DNA of 64,000 bases, from positions 1,302,001-1,366,000 of the forward strand of contig JBLDXI010000012.1 of assembly GCA_047495785.1 (NCBI GenBank). Direction: 5' to 3'. The notes under the pieces are model-generated. The model was not told the DNA's origin. It did not search any database and was given only the letters and a program-made list of their open reading frames with translations. This DNA is from Lepidodermella squamata. Taxonomy: Eukaryota; Animalia; Gastrotricha. Below are positions 47,501 through 61,393 of this stretch, one piece after another (the first letter of the stretch is position 1; each line of letters begins with the position of its first letter). The position numbers and the translations under genes were made by a program.

Positions 47501-50500
47501 ATTTTTTTTTCTAGAAAATTGGATAGCGATCAGCGGACAGTTCACAAGCACCTTGCAGCGTGTCTGTTTTTCGGCGAGGCTCTTTTTATTACCGGCATTC
47601 GCCACGCAGCGGTATTTCCCATCGCTTGCAAACTCGTCGCTGGATTCCTGCAATTTTTCTTCACCTCCGCCTTCGTATGGATGCTACTCGAGGGTGTACA
47701 AATCGCGATTAAGCTCAATGAACTTATGCCTTCTACAACCCGCAAATGGCCCATTTATTACCTCGCCGCCTACGGTAAAAGTCGCTACTATAGCGGAAAT
47801 TGATTTTTTTGTCTTAAATCGCTCAAGTGACCTTATTTAAATACTTTTTTGTCACAGGCACGAGTATTTTACTAGTCGGACTTACTGCGGGCGTTTCGGG
47901 CCTTGAGGCGTACGGCGATGGAAAAATGTAAGTGTTGACCCCCTCTTCAACCCTCGAATTGTACCCTTTGATAATATAATTGCTTTATCGCTTCATTTAC
48001 CCTAATTGCATAATCAATTAATTTTGCGTGAAAATATCGCTACTATTATTATTTCAGTTGCTGGCTGCACGGCCGTTGGCTACTCTACTTTGTGGTACCT
48101 GTTGGCTTAGTTATTTTTGTAAGTCATTTCTCGTGTTAATTATTTCGTTTTATAGTAATAATACTCGGAAGCTGGCGTCATTAATCATTTTTTGTTACCT
48201 TCTCTCGCCGGTGTGTATGCGCTCGTTTTCCGGTTCGCGGCCGAAAAACAGCTCATGCGTATAATAACGCGTCATTATCAAACATATATGTGCGCTCGCA
48301 TTTACAATATTCACATGTTTACTCGTATTTTTAGGTGAACGTGTTCATTCTCAGCTACCTGATCTGTAAAGCCTGCTCGCTGTTAACCCACGCTAACGAT
48401 CACATCGTTTGCGCAGCTGGCAAGGAATCTAAGCTTTATCAAACAAGGTAAAAAATAATTCCCTATTTTTTGCGATTAATTACTGTAATTTTAATAATTT
48501 TAGATCTACGATAAAAGGAATCGCTGCGGCGACGATTTTGCTGGGCCTGACCTGGTCTTTTGGGTTCCTTTACATCAATCAACATCTTGTAATTGCGGCG
48601 TATCTCTTCGCGATCTTCAACAGTCTACAGGTGAGTAGAGAAATTAAATTTCGCGGTGTGACCTCACGGCTGTCAGCTTTCAGCCTATGACCTCACCCGT
48701 AAATACAATTATGTTTGCGTCACGCGTCTGGGATAACACGAGTTTTTATAATAATAATTATAATAAAAGGTCGCATGCAGGTGAGGCTAAGGTGCGTCAG
48801 AAAACAGAGCGGCCGATTAAGTGCTATATAGGCGTAAACAAAGTACGGCATAATACAGGTCTGCTGACTCGGCGCATCTAAGAAGTGCCCTTTATAGTAA
48901 GTATGTATACGAAGAAGTCTCTTTGGCCTGGCGCGCCTTAAAATGTGTACTCGGGCGTGTGTGACAAGGTATGTACTGCACGTGATAATATGCAACATTT
49001 TATCGCACTGTTTGTTATTACTATGGGGGGTGATGCTGCCTCATAATTCAGTTATATTATTATTATTTACTGCAGTAGCCTGCTTTTCACCTGCGAGATG
49101 CTTTTACAGTAGTCTCGCCTACAAATAAAGCTATAACGCACTAGCTGAAGGGTCATTGACATTTTCAAATATAATTTCTAAATTTTGAGAGCCATTTAAT
49201 TTTAACTATATATAGCAATTCATTTAAAATCTAGATTAAATTTTTTATGAGGTCACTCGTGATCTCTTAGTTCAGTGACTCATTGCTATTAGTCACCCTC
49301 TAAAATTGTGTTTTGTATCTATAGGGATTCCTGATATTTTTATTTTTCTGCGTCTTCAACAAATGGGTCCGTCGGCAATATGCAGCTTGGTTTCGAGGCG
49401 TGTGTTGTTGCAGCAGTAACAACTCAGCGTATTACCAGGAGAATAACAAAAATCTAGCTGCAAATCGAACCCCGGCGTATTTGGCCCGAAACGACCAGCT
49501 ATTAGCCGGCCAACACTTGAGTCCTTACCTCGACAGCGAGTATTCGACTCAGTCATCGTCCTGCTGCTTCCCGAGCCGGTCGTCCTCAGCCGCCCGCAAC
49601 CAATCGCGACGCGGTCTCATCGCTGGTAATAAAGGCCTACTCTACTTTGGTAATAACCCAGTGACGCCGACGGCGCCATCGATCAACTCGAATACGACGA
49701 ATAGCAGCAGCCAGCCGGGCACTGATCACTCGTCAAGTCAGTTACTATCGCTGTCGTCCTCCTCAACCGCCGCTAACCAAACTAACCACAACAACAACCG
49801 AATTACCCAAAACGTAATAATACCTCTTTTCCCCCCAGTTTTTTCACTAATTTTTTCGCTGGCGTGTATTAATTTTAATTACAGACGCTGAAACTTATAG
49901 CTTCGTAATTAATCAATTTTACGCGAAATTCATCGTAATATAATTGATCTATAACCCGAGGGCAAGCTTAAACCATGTAATTTTATATGGATTCTATAAA
50001 CGGGCGTTTTGTCCGACGCAAATCGCGCCCCACGCGTCATTAATTTGCGATTAAATTCTAATTTCGCCAATGGCTACGTCTTTGACGCAAACCTCAATGA
50101 ATTATGCTACATAGTCTGGAATTCTAAAAAAAAACATGGTAATTTGTTGATTAAAAATTGCGCCTTGGGTGCATCACTGGGCCTAGTTTTATTTTCATAC
50201 CCAAAAAATCAATTACTGAATCGTTTGCATCACTATTTACGGATTTCCACACCCTTATTAGGTGAAAAAAACTGTCATTTTTTATTGTGTAAATTCAGTC
50301 AACGCAGCTACTTCTGCTACGTTACGCCGGTAATTTAATACCAGCTTTTTTTATTGTTGTAAATAATAATTTTTAAGTGTAATACACCTAAATATGGATT
50401 TTTCATTTGGGCCTTGATCTGAAGCTACTGCTAATAGCCGGCTTTTTTTATTATATTTTTGTCTCGTCGCTTATTATTCGGCAAAATATTTGCGCCATTT

Positions 50501-53092
50501 TCGCGCGCGCTCACGCAAACACACGAGCGGCGCCAGTTTAGGGCGGCGAATTCCTGAACAAATATTATTATCACTGCCGATTATATCATCGCTATCATTA
50601 TATTCCACTTCTCTGCGTGTCCAGTCCGCCGCTTGTCAACCAAGCGGCGCTTCGCCGTTTTGTTCCGCAGCGGGCCAGAAAATACGAAAAAAACTGCGGC
50701 TTTATTATTGCATTGCCAGTTCATTTATGTCGCTAGACAATTTATATTAATAGTATTTTTACAGTAGTTTGCTGTAATAATGGAATATTTCCACCGCAAT
50801 TGGGCGCGGCACTGGCACGCAAAACCAGAGATTTGGCTGTAGGATATCCGTGCGTTGTTGAACCGCATTTAGGCACATATTAACGACGGCTTATAACTTA
50901 TTCATGAGAGCCGGGCGAAAATTCCCGAACCCCCCACGCGCTTTTGTTTTTTCAATAAAATATCGCGCGGCACTTTCCAGGGTTGGAACAGAACAAATCA
51001 CCCGTCGTCCAACTGCCAAGGCATGCATAAATTATTGTTTTTTTTCTATAAAAAAAAACCTGCTTAATGTGAGCGGTTGAGCGCTTTGTTTCCTGTCGCT
51101 TCCCTTTATTACTCAATGTTGCCTTTGAACGGAGCCAAAGCCGCTTTAAAAAACGTGTGATCAATAATGTTTTCATGCATTCATTTTGCTTTATAGATTC
51201 TTGTGAGGATGTTCAAAAGCCGATTTACTCCCCAGGCGTCGGCGGCAGTCGCCACGTCAGTCGACACTCACCTTCCAGCGCCTCCATTGGCAGTAACAGT
51301 CGACGAAGCAAAGTCCTACTTGCCAGATCTGATTCTTGGAAAATGTACCAGCCCCCAGCAGTCATTACCCCAGCCCAATCTGGCACAACAGCAAATTCAG
51401 ACTCACTCTCAGCAAGGTATAAAATCTCGATTTTCTTACATTTTTTGCGATAGGCTTTTTTTACCTCATAGTGATCGATTTTTTTTATGAGTATTCCCTC
51501 AGTGAATGGATGTCAAAAGTGGTCTTATGACTAATTTTAGGCGAACTAAAAGTGCGAAGTCCTTAAATCTTATATACCTGATCCTTTGCCCTCGCTAATC
51601 AGGGTCTTGACGTTTTTTCTTGTTATGTGCACCCACTACATTGAAGTGTTCTCGCAAAGCCGGAAATATTATTGTTTTGCGTCGAAAACACTCCCATTCA
51701 TAAAAATTATTGCCATTTTTGAGCTTGCCTTTTTAGGTCAGAATAATAAAAATAGGTCTTAGTAGGTCACTAATCTCTGCATTATTACTTGATTTTGAAG
51801 AAAAATAGAGAAACACGTAATGTTTATCTGTGGAAAATTATTAAGGCGGACTTTTTATTTTTATTTTTAATTGTTATTTCATTAATTTTCGCTGGGAAAT
51901 ACAATTTCCCCCAAGATTGTTCCTTTATATTGAATACATCAAAATTATTAGTTGAAATTAAACTTTTCGTGTTTTTCTATTAGATCTGAATCAAAGGCTG
52001 GTATCAAGTACACCGTTCCAACATACGTCTTCGACCCGGCCGGATCAACCGCAGTCGCAGTTAACCGCGTGCAGTACCCAGTCAGCAGTCGAAACGGGGC
52101 CACCTTCAAAGACTCCCAATTCGACAACTTCAAACGACCGCACTCGACCTACGCAAATAGCCAGCAATAACAACGCAGATTACGTCAACATGAACAATAA
52201 TAAAATCGAGGCCCAAATTCTAGTCGCACACCCGCCGGCCTCTTACGCCAATAATAACGCCTATGACAGTCTGATATTCAGCGAATCTAATTGCGATACC
52301 GATAACGTGACCGATTACATGGCACAAGCTTTCGCGATGGCTAGTGATGACTCGAAAGTCGCTCGGGAATTGACGGAATTCGACGCGAAATTCGCGACGA
52401 AAGCTATCATGGAGGAAGATGATGATGACTTTGAAGAGCAGGAATCTAAAATTGCGACGGCCATCCACCGCGCCGAGCCTGTTCACGTGTTGTGCAGTAA
52501 ATCGAAGACATTCAGCGACTTCTTATCAGCCCTGGTAAAACAACACGAGCAGGGGCTGATCGATGAGGAAACAGCTCAGTTAGGGAATCGGATGTTCGTC
52601 TCTCGAATTTTCGAGAGGAGTAACAACGATTTGGACGGCATCAGTGAAACTCCTGCCTCGTCAAATTCTTCGCTTTCGATAAGTGGAATGCCTGATATCT
52701 ACGCGCCTTTAGACGATTTGCACGTCTCAACTGGCTCGTTGGAGAAAACTAGGCCGAACTCGAAAGTCGCGGCGAAACGAAATGATTCCGGGTTTTGTTC
52801 GAACAAAGCCCAGCCTAATACTTGCAGCTCTGAAGACCGATCGCCGGTCGTCGAATTCGCGAAGCAGTTCCCGCCGAAACGGTTGGATAAATCGTGCTCA
52901 GACAGCGCGTTATTCGTGAAGGCGAGCGTTAGCAGTCGCGAAATTAAGGCGGCTGAGCATGACGCGGATATGTTCGATGACACGGATGGCGATAATCTGC
53001 TGCTTGTCGACACAACAGCGCCGTCGCACGTCAGATCGCTAACGCTGTTGCCGAGTGCTAGCAATGAATCGTCGTCACGTGATTTTTACTGA
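44583..53092 (+). CDS. Latrophilin-type adhesion GPCR (ADGRL/Cirl-like), about 15 exons
   Basis: Signal peptide; rhamnose/galactose-binding lectin domain (FGRD...[16 protein letters not shown]); Thr-rich linker; HRM ([16 protein letters not shown]); GAIN; GPS WSAEGC...CGCNHL|TSFAILVD at ~46913-47042; family-B 7TM motifs ([33 protein letters not shown]); long tail in exons 49325-49813, 51197-51416, 51984-53092. The tail splicing is inferred. Confidence 0.88.
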
Positions 53093-54221
53093 ATGATTGT
53101 TGAAATTTTATTGTGCATTATGTTGGCGATGATCGCGCTGCTATTTGAAAATGGCAAAAATGGCTACTCAACATTATTATATCTGACTTGTTTGTTTGAA
53201 AAATTTATAATTTTTACGGATGAAATGGATAATAAAAATGGAAAATTACTTAATTCTTTTGTGAAAAAATCAACTCGCATCGAATGAGGCTCTGCAATAA
53301 CTGGTGCAAAAGTGGGTAAGGAAAAGCTGTCGAATTTTTTCAAACGCTTTCCATTCCATAACCATGAGGTTCAGAATGCTTAACCAGGGAGAGAAAAACC
53401 GCTTTACCGCACTTTTTGCCGCCTTGCAGTTGAGCAAAGGTTGGAAAGCGAAAAAATTGATGGTTTTCAAATATTGAACGAGTAACATTTTAGTGTTCAA
53501 AAGGACGCTTTGAAGCAAATTAGGAGCGCCTTTCAAAGATGGCTCTCGATTAGAAAAATTGCGCAAAGTCTCGTTAAAAAAATAATTTAGAAAAATCCCA
53601 CGATAAATCTAAAGCGGCTCAAGATCTAAAGCAGGAGTCTACATAATCGTCTCGGCCTGATTAATGATTTGGATTCAAAAGGTCGTTGTTAATTTCACCT
53701 TAGTTTCACCTACGTGTACACCGCTTCAAAGGCTCACGGTCGAAAAAGGACTTAACCATTTCTATGGAGGCTGATATTCAATAGGCTAATAGCAGAGGAG
53801 ACATTCATCAGTTCGCTAGCCCTCAAATTTGCTACCAAAAATACCGAATCATAAGGCAGTACCCAAATAATAGGCTGGGTTAGACATTAGACCCTCCTAA
53901 GAATTTAAGACCTGTTTTAAATCGATCTCAGGTGAGCAGTTCATTTTTCTGTAAATGTCCTTCAAAAAATAGAGGACAGTGCCTAATAATTCGGCTTTTG
54001 TGGTAATCAACTCTCAACTTATCTACTTCTTATCTACCGATTTTTTCAAAAATGGGACAGCATCGAAAGTTGGAATGGAAGCCTAGTTCTATTGTAGTAG
54101 ATAATGCCATTTTAGTGATCCGTTGGTGTCAAGCGAGGAGTTTCAAGAGAAATTAATTAGGTTTCTATTGTTCGCGTGAATCATCCATCAAAAGCACCAT
54201 GATTTTACTATTTCTGGGGGT

Positions 54222-54255
54222 AATTTGACCCCCAGTCCGGACTGGGGGTCAAATT
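54222..54255. repeat. 34-bp perfect palindrome
   Basis: AATTTGACCCCCAGTCCGGACTGGGGGTCAAATT; probably a transposon subterminal relic. Confidence 0.8.
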
Positions 54256-54918
54256 GTTTCACATTTGTTATGATATTCCATTTATTTGAGCAGAAACATC
54301 ACATATTTCAGTGAGTAAACAGATACTATAAGATACCTCGAATTACTTCTGAGAGTAAACGTGAAATTCGCGTAAAATTTTGAAAAAATCCCTTCGATCA
54401 CCTCACTTTTGGGCAAAATTTTAACTATTCCGTAATAATTCAGATGTATTCCCAGACAAAGTGAAACAAACTGAAACAAAGCTCGAACATTTCGAAAAAA
54501 TTTGATGCACGTTTCGATCACAACCCCCCATGTCAGTTATTCCAACCAGCCCGTGCGTCGTGTTGCATCGTGTTTTATCCAGCATAGATAAAAAATACTG
54601 AAGACATGGCACTTACATGTGCTTCTTGTTGTGCTTCTTTGCAGTCAAATGCGCAGTATTGCAAATTTTTCAAAAATTAATTAAAAATAAACATCAGTCT
54701 CCGAAAACTCCAAGAAAATTACAGCTTATTATTTGGTACCCGCGCTGATGTAAATCGAATCCTCATACAACTTGGGGTTAACATTTGCGTTTCAGAGATA
54801 CATTTTTTCGAAGTTTTTGCCTACATTTATATAGGGCCCAATTGTCGCGTATTATCATCGTAGCATAACTGTGCTAGTGTCATAATATCTTCAGTATTTT
54901 TTATCAATATACTATATA

Positions 54919-55672
54919 CCGTATATTCCGTAATAGCTTCATATCGTTAGCGGCGCGCCAAAACAACCACTTAGATGATTCATTCGATCGTACTTGAAGT
55001 CGCCGAACGTAATGATAAAGTACGATAGGCCATTTGAGCACTGATTTTTTTCTACTCTCGATCGTACTATCCATATAAAATCTATAAATAGTAAAGTGGT
55101 TGTTTTGGCGCGCCGCTAACGATATACCCGTTATTACCGCCCGTCCCGTTTACAACCCCCCTTTTCAGGGCCTTTGAAAAAATAAAGCCTCATACTCGCA
55201 ATAGCTACCCGGGAGCTAAATATTAATTCAAACTTTGAAAATCGCATTTAAAAATAATAGCGCCTGGATTTTTGAAATTCTATTTCTGAGGCGTATGATG
55301 GGCATGTTTGATAGAAAATGGTGAAACATAGCCGAGTGAGAGAAGTTCAGCAACAAAAATTGCCAAAGTAGCTGTCGATTTCCTAGCATTCATGATTTAA
55401 AGAAAACTAACATTTTAAAATTCAAATAATTTGCTCAAAAATGGCTGAAAACTCGCAATCGAACGATGAAGTTCTCGATTTTGATGAAAAGCTGTTGACT
55501 TTAGTTCAAAAATTATCAATTTATTCTTATTTTTACTCAATTTTAACACTTGAAAACTTGCTTTGAAACAATAAAGTCGCATGCTCGCAATTGTAACACG
55601 TCCCGTTTACAACCCCCCTTTTTCGAAGCTTTGAAATTACAATGCCCCCTGAAGCTATTACGGAAAATACGG
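54919..55672. mobile_element. TA-flanked MITE (pogo/Tc2-type) containing a nested 32-bp inverted repeat (54941-54972 / 55094-55125)
   Basis: TIRs TA|CCGTATATTCCGTAATAGCTTC and GAAGCTATTACGGAAAATACGG|TA; internal direct repeat CGTCCCGTTTACAACCCCCC. Confidence 0.8.
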
Positions 55673-55893
55673 TATCTAACGTACAAGTTTTCATGGCTGT
55701 TGAATGGCATGCTAGGTATAAGCTAAACATACTAAAACCGTCGGCAAAGCTATGACTTGTGTCCGGTTGGCAGTAAATTATCGAACAAACGAATGCAATG
55801 TGATAAATTATTAAGAAAACACCTAATTTTATTACCCCAGGTGCGTTTCACCTGTGATTTTTTATCACCAACTCTGTCGAATTTGCATTAGCA

Positions 55894-57245
55894 ATGTTAT
55901 ATCTCATACTTTGTGTCAGTTTTGTAATATTACGGATCGGTGAGGCTGAAAACTCCGAGCAGCAAAGGTGTACTGATTATTCCCGCGAGATTCAAGACCG
56001 CAACATCACCGAAGCCATTTTTGGTGACTCCAAATATTGGGAGAGGCCAGTTAAAGATGCTCGCAAGCCCATCTCTGTGCTGCTTAGGTTCGGAATATTA
56101 TCCATAGATGATATCGTGAGTTTCTCGCCTAATATCAGCGGCTTCTAACACTTTTTTTAATAGGATGAGAGGATGCGTTTGGTCAGCGTAAACGGATTTA
56201 TCACCATGGTAAGTCACTGACTTAAAGCTAAAATAAAATGAACGAGAGCTGATCTAAACATAAGAAATGGACAGATGAAATTCACCGATGGAACGAAACA
56301 TTTCCTCTATCATGCATCAGTAGTCTGGTGCTACCGTTTGGTGAGCACACTGGGGTATGGCTGCCAGAGGTCGCTTTGATGAATGCAGATGATGTCTACC
56401 TGGTAACTCGGGACAAGCAAAGTTACATCCGAATTGCATCGGATGGCAGCAGCAGATTCAGTAGTGCTGGATCCATATCATTCCACTGCAATTTCGACCT
56501 CTCCTTTTTCCCTTTTGATACACAAGCTTGTGTTGTTCACCTTGAAAGTTGGCGATATCCTAGAACTCATCAAAGGTTACACATCTTCGAACCAGCTATT
56601 TCTTTGCAAAACACTACAATTCACGAGCAGTGGGAAATAATTGGGACTAGAGTGTTGAACGAATCAGTTTTGTACACGGACCCTAGCGTAACATTCGATA
56701 CGATGAAGTTTCAGCTGACTTTCCGCAGAAAACCTGGTTTTTACCTCCTTAACGTCATCATTCCGAGCTCTCTAATATCAGTCATTGAGCTGGCTTCGTT
56801 TGCAGCCTCGCCAAAACGGGTTGAGAGATTGGAGATTTCCTTCACCTGTATGCTGGCATACGCTATGTTCCAGTCATTCACGGCCGTAGAACTGCCACGT
56901 TCAGCCGACCACCCGCCCATGCTGACCATCTACCTATGCCTCATGACAATTTACATTGCGCTAGCTATTTTCGCCCAAAGTGTTTGCTTATATCTACTTG
57001 ACAAGCGCAGCTCGAAATCAGTTTTGGTTCGAATTTTGTGCCGGCGCAAGCGAGATTCGGCTGCATCATCTGCAGAGCTAAACGAGCAGCAGACAGGTGA
57101 CGAAATTTTCATTCCGCCCTCGTCAATAGTGGAAGTTATAGACCGCGTCGCTTTTTACTGTTACTTGGTAATTGTTTTCATCTCGACCTTGACATTTTTT
57201 GTATTCATTCCTCAATATCACGCACTTGTGTCTAAAAGCGAATAG
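55894..57245 (+). CDS. Divergent Cys-loop ion channel subunit, gene 2 (exons 55894-56115, 56164-56208, 56265-57245)
   Basis: WERPV, WLPEV, Cys loop CNFDLSFFPFDTQAC, FYLLNVIIPS, four TMs with a short M3-M4 loop, VIDR. Confidence 0.9.
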
Positions 57246-57479
57246 CTTAGCTATTATCATATTCCGAATCTGGTTAATATCTCATTGCTATCCTACGAAG
57301 ATTTTTCCTCCTTCCCCTTCTTGCCGATTGTATGTGTTTATGTTGGACATGGAGAAGAATGTTAAATAATCGAACATATAATTGCCGAGGACGTTGTAAG
57401 TGAGGCTAATTGGATAATAAAATTAGTAAATTACTTCAACTCTTTTATATCTGATCGACGCTTGTCTTTCCCCTCCAGA

Positions 57480-58190
57480 CTGCACTCCTCGTAAAGCTGC
57501 CAGCCTTTTTCCTCGAAACGTGGAACGACTGGTCAGAAGTGCTGTGAAGCAGGCCCCAGATCTGCCGAAAGATACACCGTCATCGTTTCTTTAAGCAACG
57601 AAGAAATGGTGCGGACTTGATTTCATGCCAAGCGAATGGGAGACTTTCATTCAGCACTAATCTAAGTGCGGGAATCTAGCTAAACTGAACAACCCACATC
57701 TCAAATTGTGTCGCGATTTTGAAAGCGAAATGACATCATGTCTCGAGGCGCTCAGTATCAGTGCACCTAACCGCGGACAGCATCTACGTTCTATGCAACG
57801 CGAACGCTCGTCGTTCAGCGAGTCGCACAAAGGCCGAGACATGGAGCTCTGTAAAGAAGTGCGCACCTGCAATAAATGGATATCGACCTTTATCGACCTT
57901 TGATTTCACCACCGCCCGAGCCAACGTGAGTTCCAACGAGAACACTCACGGCGCAGCACCGACGGAAGACGGAACCTGTTGTCGCCCTTGTGACGACAAT
58001 AATGAAACTCTTCCTCACATCCTAGGAGACAGCGAATTCGGAAAGCTCATGAGGAACGCCCGCCACCATCGTATCCGCTCAACAATTGCGGCCGCCCTAC
58101 TTGCGCTACGAAGGGCTACGAAGTTCACGAGTAACTTGCTTGCATCACCGATGACGGCCAGCCTATCTAGACACCAGTGGTGGTAGTTTC
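57480..58190 (+). mobile_element. Decayed fragment of an RLE-type (R2/NeSL/R4-like) non-LTR retrotransposon
   Basis: CRPC...ETLPHILG...MRNARHHRIRSTIAAAL resembles the CCHC knuckle and RH motif that precede the restriction-like endonuclease; frameshifts and stops present. Confidence 0.65.
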
Positions 58191-58557
58191 CGTATACAGT
58201 GACATCAACATTTCTCGCGGTCTACGGTACAAGGTAAAGTTTATGTTCCCCCGGTCTCATTTCAGTCAAGTAATGACCATCCAACCATCCCGCTGTTTCG
58301 TAGTTTTTTATCCAGCAGCGTAGAAGTTGTCATGGCCCTTGCTGTTGAATGGCATAATAGGTGGAGAGAAAGAAGCTAACCCTGAAACTGCCGACAAAGC
58401 TATGAGTTGTGAGCAAGGTTAACAGTAGTTAATAATGAAAATTATCGAACAAACGAATGCGACGTGTTAAATTATTAATAAACCGAAGATTTTATGACAC
58501 CAGGTGCGTTTCTCCTGCGATTTTTACACACAATATTCTGTCGAATTTGCATTTGAG

Positions 58558-59929
58558 ATGTTCTTTTTACTCTGTGTCTCTTTGGTATTACGGATCGCTG
58601 AGGGTGAAAACTCCGAGCAGCAAAGGTGTGCTGATTTTCCCCGTGAGATTTACGACCGTAACATCACCGAAGCCATTTTTGGTGACTCCAAATATTGGGA
58701 GAGGCCAGTTAAAGATGCTCGCAAGCCCATCACTGTGCAACTTCGTTTTGGAATATTTTCCATAACAGATATTGTGAGTTCATCGCAATATATCAGCGGT
58801 TCCTATAATGATAACTTCTATATATTAGGATGAGAAGATGCGGTTAGTCAGCGTTGACGGTTTCATCACAGTGGTAAGTCATCTTTTAAAAACATTAAAA
58901 TCATTTTACTGTGAGCTGATCAAACAAAATAAGAAATGGATGGATGAAATTCACCGATGGAACGAAACATTTCCTTTGTCATGCATCAGTAGTCTAGTGC
59001 TGCCGTTCGGTGAGCACACTGGGGTATGGATGCCAGAAGTCGCTTTGATGAATGCAGATGATGTATACCTGGTAACTCGAAACAAGGAAAGTTACGTCCG
59101 AATAGCATCGGATGGCAGTAGCAGGTTCGGTGGGGCCGGATCCATATCATTCCACTGCGACTTTGATCTCTCCCTTTTCCCGTTTGATACCCAAGATTGC
59201 ATTGTTCACCTTGAAAGTTGGCGGTATCCTCGAACTCATCAAAGGTTCATGCCTTTTGAGCCAGCTATTTACTTACAAAACACTACAACCCATGAGCAGT
59301 GGGAAATAATAGGTTCGCGAGTTTTGAACGAATCAGTTGTATACTCAGACCCAAGTTTGTCATTCGACACGATGAAGTTTCAACTGACTTTCCGCAGAAA
59401 ACCCGGTTTTTACCTTCTCAACGTCATAATTCCGAGCTCTCTAATATCAGTTATTGAGCTGGCTTCGTTTGCAGCCTCGCCAAAACGGGTTGAAAGATTG
59501 GAGATTTCCTTCACCTGTATGCTGGCTTACGCAATGTTCCAAACACTCACAGCTGGAGAACTACCACGTTCCGCCGACCACCCACCCATGTTGACCATTT
59601 ACCTATGCCTAATGACGGTTTACATTGCAATAGCGATACTCGTGCAAAGTATTTGCTTATTTCTACTCGACAATAAACGCAGCTCGAAGTCAGTTTTGGT
59701 TCGAATTTTGTGCCGGCGAAAGCGTCAACATCGAGATTCGGCTGCGTCATCTGCAAATTTAAATGGGCAACTGACAGGTGAAGGAGCGGCGGAAATTCCA
59801 CCCTCCTCAGTAGCGGAGGTTATCGACAGCATCGCTTTTTATTGTTACTTGGTAATTGTTCTCATCTCGACCTTGACATTTTTCGTATTCATTCCTCAAT
59901 ATCACGCACTATTATCTAAAAGCGAATAG
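58558..59929 (+). CDS. Divergent Cys-loop ion channel subunit, gene 3, tandem duplicate of gene 2 (exons 58558-58773, 58829-58873, 58934-59929)
   Basis: Cys loop CDFDLSLFPFDTQDC; same exon structure and highly similar protein to gene 2. Confidence 0.9.
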
Positions 59930-61393
59930 CTTAGCTATTATCTGGTATATTATAATCCGAATATATAATTATATATGGTATTATAATCCGAATCTGGTTA
60001 GAATCTCATTGTTATCCTACGCAGTTTTTCTTCTTTCCCCTTGCATGTGAACTGGCTCCGACAGAGATCTCTTTTGAACAAATTGGACGACCTATCAAGT
60101 TTGGTTTCAACTTTCGTTGCTAAGCTCAGGAAGCCGGGGAAAGTCGCGTGATGTGATACCTATTTTGCTATAGTTCGTTAGTTAATTAGTGCAAAAAGTA
60201 TCAATGGCTCTGACTTAGGCTTTTTCCTTTTTCCCGCGCCGCTCTCAAAGCTGATCTTTCACTACAAGGTCCAACTGCTATGTTCTAAGTTTTTTTGCAC
60301 TGAATTTTTGCTCGAAACCGTAGTTTTTTCATTTTCGAATCATTTTTGTATTTTGTATCCAAGCTTCTTCGAAGTTCTTCTCGATTTTTTTTTTGAAATT
60401 CAAGGAATTCGTGTGGAATAAAAACCTGGAATTGATAGAGAAAGTAATCTTTCAGAAAGTGAAAAATTGATATTTTTTCTTCAAAATTTCTGCAGGCAGG
60501 TTGTACCAGTTTTGCCCAATTTCCGCAGCTGAAAATTCGAAGTATAAAACGACCGGTTAATTAGTCTTTTCCACAAATTTATTAGTTCACTTGTTCAATT
60601 AGCATTCAATAGACTCCATATTATATCCAAATAGGTCAAACGCATATCATGAAAATTAAATTATATTAGCTGCATACGTTTTCAATCGTGTTTTCATGCA
60701 TTGCACAAAAAGCAACAACAAAAAACGGGAAATCAGGTGGTGTGAGATAAAAATTGTGGGGTAAAAATTCGGGACAAGTCGGGACAAGTGTTAAACAAGC
60801 AAACAAACGAGCGGTAATTAAATTTCATGATTCAGAAAGAACGTGATCATGATTTTATGCGTACAAGTCTATGCGACAATCAAAAATTGTAGCATTAATA
60901 CTTCCAGAATCGGCAATTTTAATCTTTTGAAATAAAACTCATAGTTAAATTTGCATTAATATTGATAAAAATTATGCAAACATAGACAATGCGATTGAGA
61001 TCGTTGTGAGTTTAACAGTCAAAATCAGCAAAAGACATATAATTTTAGTAGTTGAATCAATTTCGATCAATATTTTTAGTAGTATTCATACAGCATAATG
61101 TCGTTATAATAATTTTCACCTGATACAATAATTGTTTGAGGGAAATAAATCACAGTAAAGTAGAATAATATATAACAAAAGTTTTAGTCAGTTTCTTATG
61201 CACAGAAAAATTATGAAGTAATATCAACAGTGTCGACGAAGAAAGGAAAAAATGCGTCCCAGAAAAAGATTCACTAACCACGTTTTATTTTTATATCATA
61301 ATAATTCAGCAAAAAAACTGGTAAGATAATTATTTTAATCATTTTTTTGTATCACGTTTTGCAATCGACTACTCGGGTGCAATATGGAATTTT

